NCBI GenBank assembly: GCA_963422645.2
Contig: CAXXVO010000002.1
Location: 128,001 to 192,000 of the forward strand
DNA from: Alphaproteobacteria bacterium
Lineage (GTDB): Bacteria > Pseudomonadota > Alphaproteobacteria > UBA828
DNA: 64,000 nt
Reading direction: 5' to 3'
The notes under the pieces were generated by a model that did not search any database, had not been told where the DNA came from, and was given only the letters and a program-made list of their open reading frames with translations. Position numbers and translations under genes: made by a program. This document shows, piece after piece, positions 20,505 to 31,126 of the stretch; the first letter of the stretch is position 1, and every line of letters starts with the position of its first letter.

Positions 20505-21968
20505 ATGGTTTCACGAGTCATTCCGGTCGATCCCTTCGATCTTGTGGTCTTCGGCGGCACTGGCGATCTGGCGCGGCGCAAGCTGCTGCCCGCGCTCTAT
20601 CGCCGCATGCTCGCAGGCCAGGTGTTGCAGGGTTCGAGGGTGATCGCCGTCGGCCGAAGAGCGCTCGACGCCGACGGCTACCGCCGCATGGCCGAGGCGG
20701 CGCTCAAGGAGCATGCGGGTCCCGGCGCACTCGATCCCGATCGGGCGGCGACCTTCCTCGACATGCTCGACTACGCGCGCGTCGATGCGGAGGGCGAGGG
20801 GGGCTGGGCCTCGCTCTCCGACAAGCTCGAAGGCTCGGAGCGCATGCGGGTTTTCTACCTCTCGGTGGTGCCGCAACTCTTTGGCCCAATCAGTGAACGG
20901 GTGGCGCGGAGTGGCTGCCGCACGCCCGACACGCGGCTGGTCGTCGAGAAGCCGCTCGGCCGCGATCTCCAGAGCGCGCAGACGCTGAACCGCCGGCTTG
21001 CGACGCTCTTCGACGAGCGCCAGATCTACCGGATCGACCACTATCTCGGGAAGGAGACGGTGCAGAACCTGATGGCGCTGCGCTTCGCCAATGCGCTCTT
21101 CGAGCCGATCTGGAACGCGCGCCATGTCGACCACGTGCAGATCACCGTCGCCGAGCGGGTCGGCGTCGGCGGCCGGGGCGCCTATTACGACCGGAACGGT
21201 GCGCTTCGGGACATGATGCAGAACCATCTTCTGCAACTTCTCTGCCTGACCGCCATGGAGCCGCCGGCGCATTTCGATCCGGACGCGGTGCGCGACGAGA
21301 AGCTCAAGGTGCTACGCAGCCTGAAGCCGCTGGAGGGGCTCGGCGACGTCGTGCGCGGCCAGTACCTCGGCGCGGGCGGCGAGGCGGGCTACCTGGAGGA
21401 TTCGGAGAACCCCGGATCGCGCACCGAGAGCTTCGTCGCGGTCAAGGCGGAGGTCGCCAACTGGCGCTGGAACGGGGCGCCCTTCTATCTGCGCACCGGA
21501 AAGCGGCTGCGGGCGCGAATGTCGGAGATCGCCGTCGTCTTCAAGGACGCGCCGCATTCGATCTTCTCCGAAAGCGCGGGCAACACGCGTCCCAACGTAT
21601 TGGCGATCCGCCTGCAGCCCGACGAGGGGATAAAGCTGAGGCTGACGATCAAGGAGCCGGGCCCCGGCGGCATGCGGCTCTGCGAGGCGCCGCTCGACAT
21701 GACCTTTGCCGAGACCCTGGGCGCCGAGGGGCTGCGCATGCCGGACGCCTACGAGCGGCTGGTGATGGACGTGATCCGCGGCGACCAGACGCTCTTCATG
21801 CGGGGCGACGAGGTCGAGGCGGCCTGGCGCTGGATCGATCCGATCATCGCTGCGGCGGAGAGCGCGCCCCAAGGGCCCCAACCCTATGACAGCTATTCGT
21901 CGGGACCCGAAGATGCGCTGATGCTGATGCATCGGGACGGGCGGCGCTGGCGCTCGCTCGCGGCGTGA
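20505..21968 (+). CDS. zwf: Glucose-6-phosphate 1-dehydrogenase
   Basis: GGTGDLA, EKPLG, RIDHYLGKE. Confidence 0.97.
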   Translation: MVSRVIPVDPFDLVVFGGTGDLARRKLLPALYRRMLAGQVLQGSRVIAVGRRALDADGYRRMAEAALKEHAGPGALDPDRAATFLDMLDYARVDAEGEGGWASLSDKLEGSERMRVFYLSVVPQLFGPISERVARSGCRTPDTRLVVEKPLGRDLQSAQTLNRRLATLFDERQIYRIDHYLGKETVQNLMALRFANALFEPIWNARHVDHVQITVAERVGVGGRGAYYDRNGALRDMMQNHLLQLLCLTAMEPPAHFDPDAVRDEKLKVLRSLKPLEGLGDVVRGQYLGAGGEAGYLEDSENPGSRTESFVAVKAEVANWRWNGAPFYLRTGKRLRARMSEIAVVFKDAPHSIFSESAGNTRPNVLAIRLQPDEGIKLRLTIKEPGPGGMRLCEAPLDMTFAETLGAEGLRMPDAYERLVMDVIRGDQTLFMRGDEVEAAWRWIDPIIAAAESAPQGPQPYDSYSSGPEDALMLMHRDGRRWRSLAA

Positions 21969-22618
21969 CGCGAATCGTCGAGGCCGAGGACCGGGGCGCG
22001 CTGGCCCGGCTTCTGGCCGGCGAGGTCGCGGCGGTGCTGGAGGGGGCGATTCGAGACACCGGCCGCGCCGCGCTGGCGGTGCCGGGCGGCACCACCCCCG
22101 CCGCGTTCCTCTCCGCGCTCGGCGGCCAAGCGCTCGACTGGGGGGCCGTCGCGGTGACTCTCACCGACGAGCGCTGTGTCCCCGCTGATCATCCGCGCTC
22201 CAACAGGCGTCTGCTCGACGAGACGCTGTTTGCCGGACCGGCCAACGCGGCGCGGTTCGTGGCGCTCGACGATGCGCAGGCGCTGTCCACGCTCCTGCCC
22301 CTCGATGCCTGCGTGCTGGGGATGGGGGAGGATCTGCACATCGCCTCGCTCTTCCCCGGTGCCGAGCGCCTGGACGAGGCGCTTTCGGCGGAATGCGGCA
22401 CGCCGGCGCTCAGGTTGCGTGCCCCCGGTGCGCCGGAAGAGCGCATCACGCTCACCGCGCCGGTGCTGACCGGGGCGGGCCGGTGCTTCGTGCTAATCCA
22501 TGGCGCGGAGAAGCGCGAGGCACTCGATCGGGCAGGGGCTGCGGCCGGCCTGGCGCACGCCCCGGTCCGGCTGGTGCTCGACGGGCCGAACCCCGCCACC
22601 CTCTACTGGGCGCCCTAA
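21965..22618 (+). CDS. pgl: 6-phosphogluconolactonase
   Basis: GGTTP, DERCV, LGMGEDLHIASLFP, RITLT; overlaps zwf stop. Confidence 0.93.
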   Translation: MTRIVEAEDRGALARLLAGEVAAVLEGAIRDTGRAALAVPGGTTPAAFLSALGGQALDWGAVAVTLTDERCVPADHPRSNRRLLDETLFAGPANAARFVALDDAQALSTLLPLDACVLGMGEDLHIASLFPGAERLDEALSAECGTPALRLRAPGAPEERITLTAPVLTGAGRCFVLIHGAEKREALDRAGAAAGLAHAPVRLVLDGPNPATLYWAP

Positions 22619-22639
22619 GGCAACGATCGGGAGAGCCCG

Positions 22640-24454
22640 ATGCCACTGAACGATACCGTGCACCAGGTGACCGAGCGGATCCGCGCGCGGAGCCGGAGCG
22701 TGCGCACCGCCTATCTTGAGCGCATGGCCCGGGCCGCCGACGCAGGGCCCGCGCGCGCGCATCTCTCCTGCGGCAACCTCGCGCACGCCTTCGCCGCCAG
22801 CCCGGGGGCCGACAAGACGCGCCAGGCCGAGGGCGCCGCCGGCAACATCGGCATCGTCACCGCCTATAACGACATGCTCTCGGCCCACCAGCCCTTCGAG
22901 GGTTTCCCCGCGCTGATCCGAGAGGAAGCACGGCAGGCGGGCGGCACTGCCCAGGTCGCCGGCGGCGTGCCGGCGATGTGCGACGGCGTCACCCAGGGGC
23001 AGCCGGGCATGGAGCTCTCGCTCTTCAGCCGCGATGTGATCGCGCTCGCGGCGGGCGTGGCGCTCTCGCACAACTGCTTCGACGCCGCGATCTTCCTCGG
23101 CGTCTGCGACAAGATCGTCCCCGGGCTCGTGATCGCGGCGGCGACCTTCGGCCATGTCCCGGCCATCTTCGCGCCGGCGGGGCCGATGACCTCGGGCCTG
23201 CCGAACGACGAGAAGGCCGCCGTGCGCCAGCGCTTCGCCCGCGGCGAGATCGGCCGGGACGAGCTGATGGCCGCCGAAATGGCCTCCTATCACGGCCCCG
23301 GCACCTGCACCTTCTACGGTACGGCGAACTCGAACCAGATGCTGATGGAGTTCATGGGCCTGCACCTGCCCGGCGCGAGCTTCGTCAATCCCGGCACGCC
23401 GCTCCGCGAGGCGCTGACCCGAGCGGCGGCGCGGCGGGCGCTGGAGATCACCGCCAAGGGCAACTCCTACACGCCCGCGAGCGCGGTGCTCGACGAGCGC
23501 GCCTTCGTCAACGGCATGGTCGGCCTGCACGCCACGGGCGGCTCGACCAACCTGACCCTGCACCTCGTTGCGATGGCCCGTGCCGCGGGCGTGCTGATCG
23601 ACTGGGGAGACATGGCGCAGCTTTCCGCCGTCACGCCGCTGATGGCGCGGGTCTATCCCAACGGGTTGGCCGACGTGAACCACTTCCACGCCGCCGGCGG
23701 GCTCGGCTTCATGATCGGCGAGCTGTTGGACGCCGGGCTGCTGCACGGCGACGTCCGCACCGTCGCCGGCGACGGACTGGCCCGCTACACCGAGGAGCCG
23801 GTGCTGGGCGACGATGGGCTGGTCTGGCGCGAGGGCACGCGCGCGAGCCTGAACCAGAGGATCCTGCGCCCCGCGGCCGATCCTTTCCAGCGCACCGGCG
23901 GGCTCGCCATGCTGACCGGCAATCTCGGCCAGGCGGTGATCAAGACCTCGGCGGTTAGACCTGAGCACCATGTCGTCGAGGCGCCGGCCCGCGTGTTCCA
24001 GGATCAGGAGGAGATCAAGGCCGCGTTCCGCGCTGGCGCGCTGGCGCAGGATTTCATCTGCGTGCTGCGCTTCCAGGGCCCCCAGGCCAACGGCATGCCC
24101 GAGCTGCACGCGCTGACGCCGGTTCTCGGCAGCCTGCAGGACCAGGGCTTCCGCGTGGCGCTGGTCACCGACGGGCGCATGTCCGGCGCGTCGGGCAAGG
24201 TGCCGGCGGCCATCCATGTTACGCCCGAGGCCGCGGCGGGCGGGGCGATCGCGCGGGTGCGCGACGGCGACATGCTCCGGCTCGACGCCGCGGCGGGCCG
24301 GCTCGACGTGCTTGTCGATCCGGCAGAGTTCGCCGCGCGCACGCCGGCTCAGGTCGATCTCTCCGCCAATGCCAGCGGCATCGGGCGCGAGCTCTTCACC
24401 GCCTTCCGCAGCAATGTGGGTCCCGCGGAAGCCGGCGCCGCGGTCGTGGTCTAG
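22640..24454 (+). CDS. edd: Phosphogluconate dehydratase
   Basis: [33 protein letters not shown]. Confidence 0.97.
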   Translation: MPLNDTVHQVTERIRARSRSVRTAYLERMARAADAGPARAHLSCGNLAHAFAASPGADKTRQAEGAAGNIGIVTAYNDMLSAHQPFEGFPALIREEARQAGGTAQVAGGVPAMCDGVTQGQPGMELSLFSRDVIALAAGVALSHNCFDAAIFLGVCDKIVPGLVIAAATFGHVPAIFAPAGPMTSGLPNDEKAAVRQRFARGEIGRDELMAAEMASYHGPGTCTFYGTANSNQMLMEFMGLHLPGASFVNPGTPLREALTRAAARRALEITAKGNSYTPASAVLDERAFVNGMVGLHATGGSTNLTLHLVAMARAAGVLIDWGDMAQLSAVTPLMARVYPNGLADVNHFHAAGGLGFMIGELLDAGLLHGDVRTVAGDGLARYTEEPVLGDDGLVWREGTRASLNQRILRPAADPFQRTGGLAMLTGNLGQAVIKTSAVRPEHHVVEAPARVFQDQEEIKAAFRAGALAQDFICVLRFQGPQANGMPELHALTPVLGSLQDQGFRVALVTDGRMSGASGKVPAAIHVTPEAAAGGAIARVRDGDMLRLDAAAGRLDVLVDPAEFAARTPAQVDLSANASGIGRELFTAFRSNVGPAEAGAAVVV

Positions 24455-24662
24455 AGCATATCCGTTTTAAACGGAACCATATCCGACGTTTCGGATGTAG
24501 TTTTGGCATTCTGCGGGCTCGATGGTGGCGATGAGGTGCCCGAGGTGGCGCCAAGTGTCCTCGAAGTCGCGCCTCTGCGCGTTGCGCATCCAGTGCTTGA
24601 TCTTGGCGAAGGCCTGCTCGATGGGGTTGAGGTCGGGTGAGTAGGGTGGCAGGAACCAGAGG
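24453..24662 (-). mobile_element. IS630-family right-end remnant inserted at the edd stop (CTAG)
   Basis: LWFLPPYSPDLNPIEQAFAKIKH...GYGSV*; IR TAGAGCATATCCGTTT. Confidence 0.8.
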
Positions 24663-24811
24663 CAGTCTCCGGTGCTGCGGATCGCCACCTTGGCGCTGCG
24701 CCCTTCGGCGAGGTGCCGGTCGATGAAGGGCACTGCGACGTTGAAGACGTTGGCGAAGGTCAGCGCGGTCGGCGTCTGTGCGGCATCAACCGCGACGGTG
24801 TGATCGTCCAT
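24663..24811 (-). pseudogene. Benzoate-CoA ligase-like 5' fragment fused to the IS630 remnant
   Basis: FANVFNVAVPFIDRHLAEGRSAKVAI resembles aryl-CoA ligase N-termini. Confidence 0.6.
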
Positions 24812-24988
24812 ACCGGTTCCCTGCCATCCCGATGTCCTTGTCTGCCCCCGCCGGACACGATCGCCGGATTCGCCTGCGTGGAGCGGCGCAATCGGAGTAC
24901 CCTATGCCCAAACGCGGGGGCCCAGCAGTCTCCAATTTCAGGGAGGTGTGCGCGCAAATCCGGCGCAGGTCGGGATCGTGAGGAGGCG

Positions 24989-25026
24989 ATGGTGACGTGG
25001 GATTACATCGTCGTGGGCGCGGGGAC
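24989..25026 (+). pseudogene. GMC oxidoreductase 5' stub
   Basis: AGGAGG RBS + MVTWDYIVVGAGT, cut by the MITE end at 25027. Confidence 0.55.
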
Positions 25027-25126
25027 TGTTGATCGGCGCACGGGTTCGGTGCCGATCGGCGCGGTAACCCATTGATCTGGCTGGATTACGGGGGGTCAAC
25101 AAAGCGTGCTCTTGAGTAACAGATGC

Positions 25127-26545
25127 CTAAGCGATTGACGGCATTGGGTTCTGTTTTTCCTCTCCTTGCGTTTTCGGGATGAGTTGGAACCCGAGCTTTT
25201 GGGCTTGGCGGTCGAGATGAGCGAACTTTCTGTTGAGGCGCCGCTTCTCGTAGGCGCCGATGCCCTGCTCGACGTATTCCTGGCCCTCGGTCACCATGAG
25301 GTAGATCAGACAGGCGAGTTCGCGGGCGGTCGCCTTGATCGCGACGGGGGTGTCCATTCGGGCGAGCCTTGCGCGGTGCTTGGCGCCGATGAAGGTCTGG
25401 CTGCGGCGCGCGGCCATGGCCGCCAAGCGCAGGGCCTGTCCGACGGGGTTGACCGCCTTCGGCGACTTGCCGGGGAGATTCTTGCCGCCGCTGATCCTGG
25501 TTCCCGGCGCGAGCGCAAGCCAGGAGCAGAAGTGCTGAGCGGAGGGGAAGGCGGAGAAGTCCGGGCCGATCTCCGAGGCGATCACCAGTGCGGTACCGGG
25601 ACCGACGGTGGGGATCGCGGTGAGGTCGACGCCCATCATCTTGCGCAACGCCAGGGGCTGGATGCCCTCCTTGCCGGTGTCGTTGGTTGCGGCGTTCGCG
25701 GAGCGGCCCGACGCGGTGTCCGAGGTCGTGCCGGGGGCAGGGTCCGGTGCACCGCCCTCCGGGGGATCGTCCGGCGGTGTCAGGCGCTCGACCTCGGCCA
25801 TCACCCGGGCCTCGCAGTCGTCGATCTGCCGGGTCAGGAAGTCGTAGCGCTGCATGGCCTGTTCGAGGGCGAAGAGATGCTCCTCGCGCCACGTCCCCTG
25901 AAGGCTCGCGGCGATCGTATCGGCGTCGGCCTTGATGCCCCGGTGGCGGAGCGTCGCCAGGCGCTCCGGGTCACGCTCGCCGTCGACGATCGCGCGCAGG
26001 ATGCGCTGGCCGGTCAGTCCCGTGATGTTGGCGATCACCGAGTCGAGCCTGACGTTCATCTCGGTCAGCGCCTTTTGCATGTGCAGGACGCAGCGGGAGC
26101 GGTCCTCGGTCAGCCGCCTCATCTGGCGGGCGTAGGAGCGCAGCGGGCAAACCTCGTCGCCCGGACGGAACGCTCCCCGCAGCAGACCGTAGGACATCAG
26201 CTGCCAGATCCACTGGCAGTCCAGCACGTCGCTCTTGCGCCCGCCGATCTGCTTCGTCATGCGCGGCGGCACCAGCATCACCTCGAAGCCCGCGCGCTCC
26301 AGCGTCTCGTAGACCGGGATCCAGTAGACCGAGGTCGACTCCATTGCGACCTTCGTCACCCCGCACGACGCCAGCCACGCCGCCATCGCCGCCAGATCGC
26401 GGGTAAAGGAGCCGAACGAACGCACCGGCTCATCGCTGCGTTCCGCCTCGACCGCCACGAAGTGCCGGTCCTTGCCGATGTCGATCCCTGCGCAGTCAGG
26501 GTTCACCACCCTGAGGCGACGGGTTCTTCGAGACTTGCGCGCCAT
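25127..26545 (-). CDS. IS110 DEDD recombinase/transposase
   Basis: AGIDIGK, AMESTSVYW, RKSDVLDC, LAPGTRISGG. Confidence 0.93.
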   Translation of the reverse strand: MARKSRRTRRLRVVNPDCAGIDIGKDRHFVAVEAERSDEPVRSFGSFTRDLAAMAAWLASCGVTKVAMESTSVYWIPVYETLERAGFEVMLVPPRMTKQIGGRKSDVLDCQWIWQLMSYGLLRGAFRPGDEVCPLRSYARQMRRLTEDRSRCVLHMQKALTEMNVRLDSVIANITGLTGQRILRAIVDGERDPERLATLRHRGIKADADTIAASLQGTWREEHLFALEQAMQRYDFLTRQIDDCEARVMAEVERLTPPDDPPEGGAPDPAPGTTSDTASGRSANAATNDTGKEGIQPLALRKMMGVDLTAIPTVGPGTALVIASEIGPDFSAFPSAQHFCSWLALAPGTRISGGKNLPGKSPKAVNPVGQALRLAAMAARRSQTFIGAKHRARLARMDTPVAIKATARELACLIYLMVTEGQEYVEQGIGAYEKRRLNRKFAHLDRQAQKLGFQLIPKTQGEEKQNPMPSIA

Positions 26546-26589
26546 GGAACATCCTCCCGCCTTTCATCTCCGTCGCGAGCGGGGAGGAA

Positions 26590-26780
26590 CCATGGTCGAA
26601 GTCCCATTCTCTTGAACGAGGTCGCGGGAAACCCGCGCCATCAGTGACCGGAGCCGACAAAATGGTTCGGGCCAAGCTTAACAGCGGGTGCCGCTACAGC
26701 ACGCCAGTGCACGAACGGCCTCTTCACCCCACCCGCCGCCAGTTCACGACCGAGGCGTCGCAGACACAAGCCCCCGTTAC
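26590..26780 (-). ncRNA. Putative bridge RNA of the IS110 element (limits approximate)
   Basis: Two stem-enclosed loops carrying guides that match the target flanks (26676-26683, 26698-26704) and the element end (26609-26615). Confidence 0.7.
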
Positions 26781-26826
26781 TCCCGCGACCGAGCCGGAGC
26801 GCCGCGCCGGTGGAAGCTTAACAACA

Positions 26827-27221
26827 AGCGGGCGCAGCCAGCGCTTGGACTCCACCACGGCAAGGCCGAGCTCGTAGCGCCGCCATTCCTCGGCGAAGCC
26901 GTTGGCCTGGCCCTTCGCCGCTTCGTCCGCAAACAGCAAGCCGTCCGGCACGTCCACCCGGCCGTATGCGCTCAGGTTCTGCTGCCGCAGGCTCGCCGTC
27001 CACCCAAGCCGTGCGAGGACGGGCCAGATCAGATCATCCTCGGTCTGGCTTTCGTTGGGCGATGCGGCGACCGGGAGGCGGTCGCAGATCGCGCGCAGCG
27101 CGGCCTCGAGGTCTTCAAGCGACGCGTCGTCCAGTTCCTGCCAGTCGGGCAATCCGGTGATGGCGTCGCACAGGAAATCGCTGGCGAAGAGGCTCCCCTG
27201 AAATGCAGTGTCGAGGCTCAT
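26827..27221 (-). pseudogene. Type IIG/Eco57I-like restriction-modification enzyme, 5' fragment
   Basis: FQGSLFASDFL...NESQTEDDLIWPVL...VPDGLLF...VVESKRW (PD-(D/E)xK-like); truncated at the MITE end. Confidence 0.6.
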
Positions 27222-27552
27222 ACGCCTATGATCCACGATCCAGTTCGATATTTCAGCATCACGCCATAGGCGCGCGCCATCACGACCGCAGGCGGCGCAC
27301 TATGGCGAAACCTCATCGGCGACCCATCCCAGTCGAAGGGAGACTCCTTCGACCTCGACCTCCGCGGAAAGCTCATTCGTGCCGGAGACAGATGTGCCGA
27401 TGGCGTCGGCGAACGCCCGAAAATCGTCGAACCAGCTATGATTTTCGGAGAACGAGTGCACGAGCATCACCGCCCGACGGACCTTGTAGCGCTGCGCTTC
27501 GTATATCGCCGCTGCCGTGCGGTGTAGAAGCTGGTATCGCAGTTTCGAGATA

Positions 27553-28603
27553 ACCGCTTATGCACATGGCTCCGGTCGCGAGAGTTTGCCACCAGATGTT
27601 GAGGTTGAGGTTAGGGCGGGAGAACGGGTAGAATGTTGCCTATACGTTCCTGCCGACGGAGCCACCACATGAAACAGGTCGCCGACAGCCTCCTCGCCTT
27701 CCAGCACATGTTCCCGGACGATGACGCCTGCGCCGCCTGGCTGATCGAAATGCGCTGGCCGGACGGCTTCGTCTGTCCCGCGTGCGGCCATGAAAAGGGA
27801 TGGGCGCTGCGCAGAAAAGCACACACCTTCGAGTGCGCCGGCTGCCGCCGGCAGACCTCGGTGACGGCCGGGACGATCCTGCACGCCAGCAAGCTGCCGC
27901 TCACCGTCTGGTTCTGGGCCGCCTACCTGATGGCGACCCACTCCAACGGCATCTCTGCCCTGCAGCTCCAGAAACAGCTCGGTATCGGCTCTTACCGCAG
28001 CGCTTGGCTGCTCGCCCACAAGCTGCGCGCCAGCATGGTCGACCCCGAGCGCAACCCGTTGTCGGGCCTGGTGGAAATCGACGAGGCCAGCCTTCCATTC
28101 CGGACCAAAGACGATCCTCCCACCGGAGGGCAAGGACGCAGCCACGACGGCAAGATGCTCATCGTCGGCGCCATCGAACTGGGGGATGGAACCATCCCGG
28201 GCCGCCTGCGGCTGGCCGAAATCTCCTCCTACGGCGCCGCCGACCTCGGACACTTCGTCGAAACCGCCGCCGATCCCGACGCCATCGCGAAAACCGACGG
28301 CTGGTCCGGCTACGCTGCGGTCCCCGCCGATCGCCACAATGTCCATGTCGTCGGGAAGACCGCCGCTCACCTCGTCCTGCCGTGGATCCACCAAGTCTTC
28401 TCCAACCTCAAAGGATGGGCGCGAGGCGTCTACCACGGGCTGCGCCGCAAGCATCTGCAGGCCTATCTCGATGAGTTCGCCTTTCGCTTCAACCGCCGCA
28501 AAACCCGCCACGCTGCTTTCCGCTCGCTCTTCCGCATCGCCACCAATGCAAAACCCCTTACCTACAGCATGTTGATCGAACCGGAGCCATGTGCATAAGC
28601 GGT
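27553..28603 (+). mobile_element. IS1595 family element (1051 bp)
   Basis: 24-bp IR ACCGCTTATGCACATGGCTCCGGT; 8-bp TSD TCGAGATA. Confidence 0.93.
27669..28598 (+). CDS. IS1595 transposase
   Basis: RWPDGFVCPAC, VEIDE, KTDG, YLDEFAFRFNRR. Confidence 0.93.
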   Translation: MKQVADSLLAFQHMFPDDDACAAWLIEMRWPDGFVCPACGHEKGWALRRKAHTFECAGCRRQTSVTAGTILHASKLPLTVWFWAAYLMATHSNGISALQLQKQLGIGSYRSAWLLAHKLRASMVDPERNPLSGLVEIDEASLPFRTKDDPPTGGQGRSHDGKMLIVGAIELGDGTIPGRLRLAEISSYGAADLGHFVETAADPDAIAKTDGWSGYAAVPADRHNVHVVGKTAAHLVLPWIHQVFSNLKGWARGVYHGLRRKHLQAYLDEFAFRFNRRKTRHAAFRSLFRIATNAKPLTYSMLIEPEPCA

Positions 28604-28613
28604 TCGAGATATT

Positions 28614-31125
28614 CAGACTTCCTGACCTCGTGATGCTGGCTGTTCTGGGCAGCGTGCCGGGAACTCCTTGAATTCTGATACATTTCGGTTGTTTCAGGCG
28701 GTTTTTCGCTGGGTGTCGCGCCCGAGGTCTGATATTATAATTTGATACCAATTGCACGGTCTCAACCATGCCCAGTACCCTCCCAATGTGCCCTCCAGAG
28801 GCGGTCTCGATCGGCAACAGCTGCTTCGCCGTCCTGATCTCGGACGACACCTTCACCTACTTTTCCAACCTCATTCCCTTTGACAGCCACGCCGCCGATG
28901 ACCGCACGGCCATGCTCTTGCGGATCGGCCGCCTCGCGGCGATCAGCGCGGTCTCGCCGCAGGAACTGGCTGACGCTTTCGCTGTCTCGCGCGCGACGGT
29001 GCAGCGCGCACGACGGCGCTACCTGGCCGAGGGCGAAGCGGGGTTCATGAAGCCCCGGCGCGGTCGCGGGCCGTCGGTGTTCACTCCGGAGTTGGCGGAG
29101 AAGGCGACGGCGTTGCTGGCATCGGGCCTGAGCGGCTCTGCGGCGGCCCGGGTTCTCGGCGTGTCAGCGCCATCGGTCAACAAGTGGCGCCGTCAGGGAC
29201 TGATCGGCAACACGGAGGCGGATGGGGAGCCCGGACGCTCAGCGCTGGCTGCGCCGCCTGACGCGGGTGCGGCTCCTGAAGGCCGTGTCGATGAAGAGAG
29301 TACCGGTGCCCCGGGGCCGGAGACGGCGCCGGGGCTGGAAGCGCAGCCGCAAACGGATCGCAGCGCGCGCGATCGGCGGGACCGGCAGGCGCCGATGGGG
29401 CGTGCGACTTGCGATGTTCCGGCTCGGGTTCTGGCCAGTTGTGGACAGGCGGGGCCGGTCGAACCGCAGTTCGCCGCCGCCGCCCGCGGTGTCCGCTTCG
29501 GCGGCGTGCTCGCCGCCCTGCCGGCCCTGCTGAAGGAAGGTCTTCTCTCCGAGACCGGTCTCCTGCCATTGCTGCCGAAGGGCTATTACGGCTTGCCTAC
29601 GATCCTGCTCTTCCTGGCCTTCATGACCTTGGCGCGGGTGCGCAACCCCGAGAGCCTGCGCTACCAGGCGCCGGGCGAATGGGGCGCCATTCTCGGCCTC
29701 GATCGCTGCCCCGAGGTCAAGACGCTGCGCCGCAAGATCGCTCTCATCGCCGACGACGAGGCCGGCGTGCGGGCGTGGCAGCTCGCCCTTGCCAGGCGCT
29801 GGCAAGGCCGACGAGCCGGAGCTCTGGGCGACGCTGGCCATCGACGGGCACGTCAAGGTCTACTCCGGCCGCAAGGGGCGCTTGCCCAAGCACTTCGTCT
29901 CGCGCGAGAAGCTGTGCCTGCCGGCGAGCGCCAGCTACTGGATCAACGCTCTGGGCGGCAAGCCGCTGCTCTGTCTGCACAAGCCGCTGGACCCGAAGAT
30001 GGTCGCGGCCATCGAAGCCGACGTGGTGCCGGCGCTGCAGGAGCTTGGGATCGTTGGCGCCGGGGCGCCGGACCTGACCGCCGAGCATCCCGGCCAGCCG
30101 GCGCTCACCCTGGTCTTCGACCGCGAGGGCTGGAGCCCGGATCTGTTCCGCCGGCTGGCGAGGCGCGGCGTCGCCTGCCTGACCTGGCACAAGAACTTCA
30201 GGGGCGAGGACTGGCCGGCCGAGGACTTCGGCGCGATGACCGTTCCCATTCACGGACCGGCGGCGGACGGCAGCGCCACCATGCGGCTGGCTGAGAAGCC
30301 GGTGACGTTGCCGAACGGCTTCAGGGTGCGCCAGATCCGCCGCCTGCTCGACAACGGCCGTCAGGTGCCGCTGATCACCACCGATCCGCACAAGCCGATG
30401 GCTGAGGTTGCGGGCGCCATGTTCTCGCGCTGGTCGCAGGAGAACTTCTTCAAGTACATGCGTGACGAGTTCAATCTCGACGCCCTGCCGACCCACGAGC
30501 TCGAGCCTCTCGATCCCGCCGCCATGGTCGTCAACCCGCTGCGGCGGGCCTATGACAAGGCAATCCATCGCCTCGACCGCCAGCTTGGCCGCCTGCGCAA
30601 CCGCATCGCCGACACGGCCCGGAAGAAGCAGCCGACGGCGGAACTCAGGAGGGAAGTCAGGGACCTCCAGGATGTCCGCGACATCGTCAGGGCCAGCCGC
30701 AGGGAGACGCCCAAGCACTGCCGGGCCGGCGACCTCGACGAAGCCGAGCAGCTCGATGCCTTGCCCGCGCGCGAGCGCCTCCTCCTCGACGTCATCCGGA
30801 TGATCGCCTACCGCGCCGAAACCCGCATGATGATTCCCGTCATGCAGGCGCAGGGCCACAAGCCCCATCCCCGGAAACTGCTTCAAGCGCTGCTCACCGC
30901 CGATGCCGACATCCTGCCGGATCCTGGCAATGGCCTCCTGCGGGTCCACATTCTTGGCCTCGCAAACGACGCCTGCGACCGTTGGATCGATGCGGTTCTG
31001 AGCGACCTGAACGCCACCGAAACGGTCTTCCCCGGCACCCGTCTGCGCATAGTCTACGACATCGACGGGGCCTCGGAATCCGCGCGGCTCGTGTCACCTA
31101 AAATCAGCAGAGGTCAGGAAGTCTG
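28614..31125 (+). mobile_element. Unclassified (ISNCY-like) IS, 2512 bp
   Basis: 16-bp IR CAGACTTCCTGACCTC; 5-bp TSD ATATT. Confidence 0.88.
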
Positions 31126-31126
31126 A
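28768..31126 (+). pseudogene. Large putative DDE transposase, frameshift near 29804
   Basis: HTH, GLDRCPEVKTLR, IDGHVKVY, VFDREG, RWSQENFFK; the two ORFs join if one base is removed. Confidence 0.75.

Larger units (their letters stand above)
25111..26818 (-). mobile_element. IS110 family element
   Basis: GCT core at both junctions (25108-25110 and 26816-26818); no terminal IRs; about 270 bp upstream non-coding end. Confidence 0.85.
25027..26826 (-). mobile_element. Second IS21-type MITE, interrupted by IS110
   Basis: Removing IS110 gives TGTTGTTAAGCACGCTTTGTTGACCCC...GCGCCGATCAACA, colinear with the 20385-20476 MITE. Confidence 0.7.

Noticed and set aside
20381-26830. AGCG outside both MITEs as the TSD of a composite carrying zwf-pgl-edd
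   Set aside because: Joining the flanks does not continue the RM reading frame (stop within a few codons); a 4-bp match is plausible by chance.
17169-27221. IS-borne MTase as the cognate partner of the RM fragment
   Set aside because: The MTase lies inside IS66 IRs in several unlinked copies, and type IIG enzymes carry their own MTase domain.
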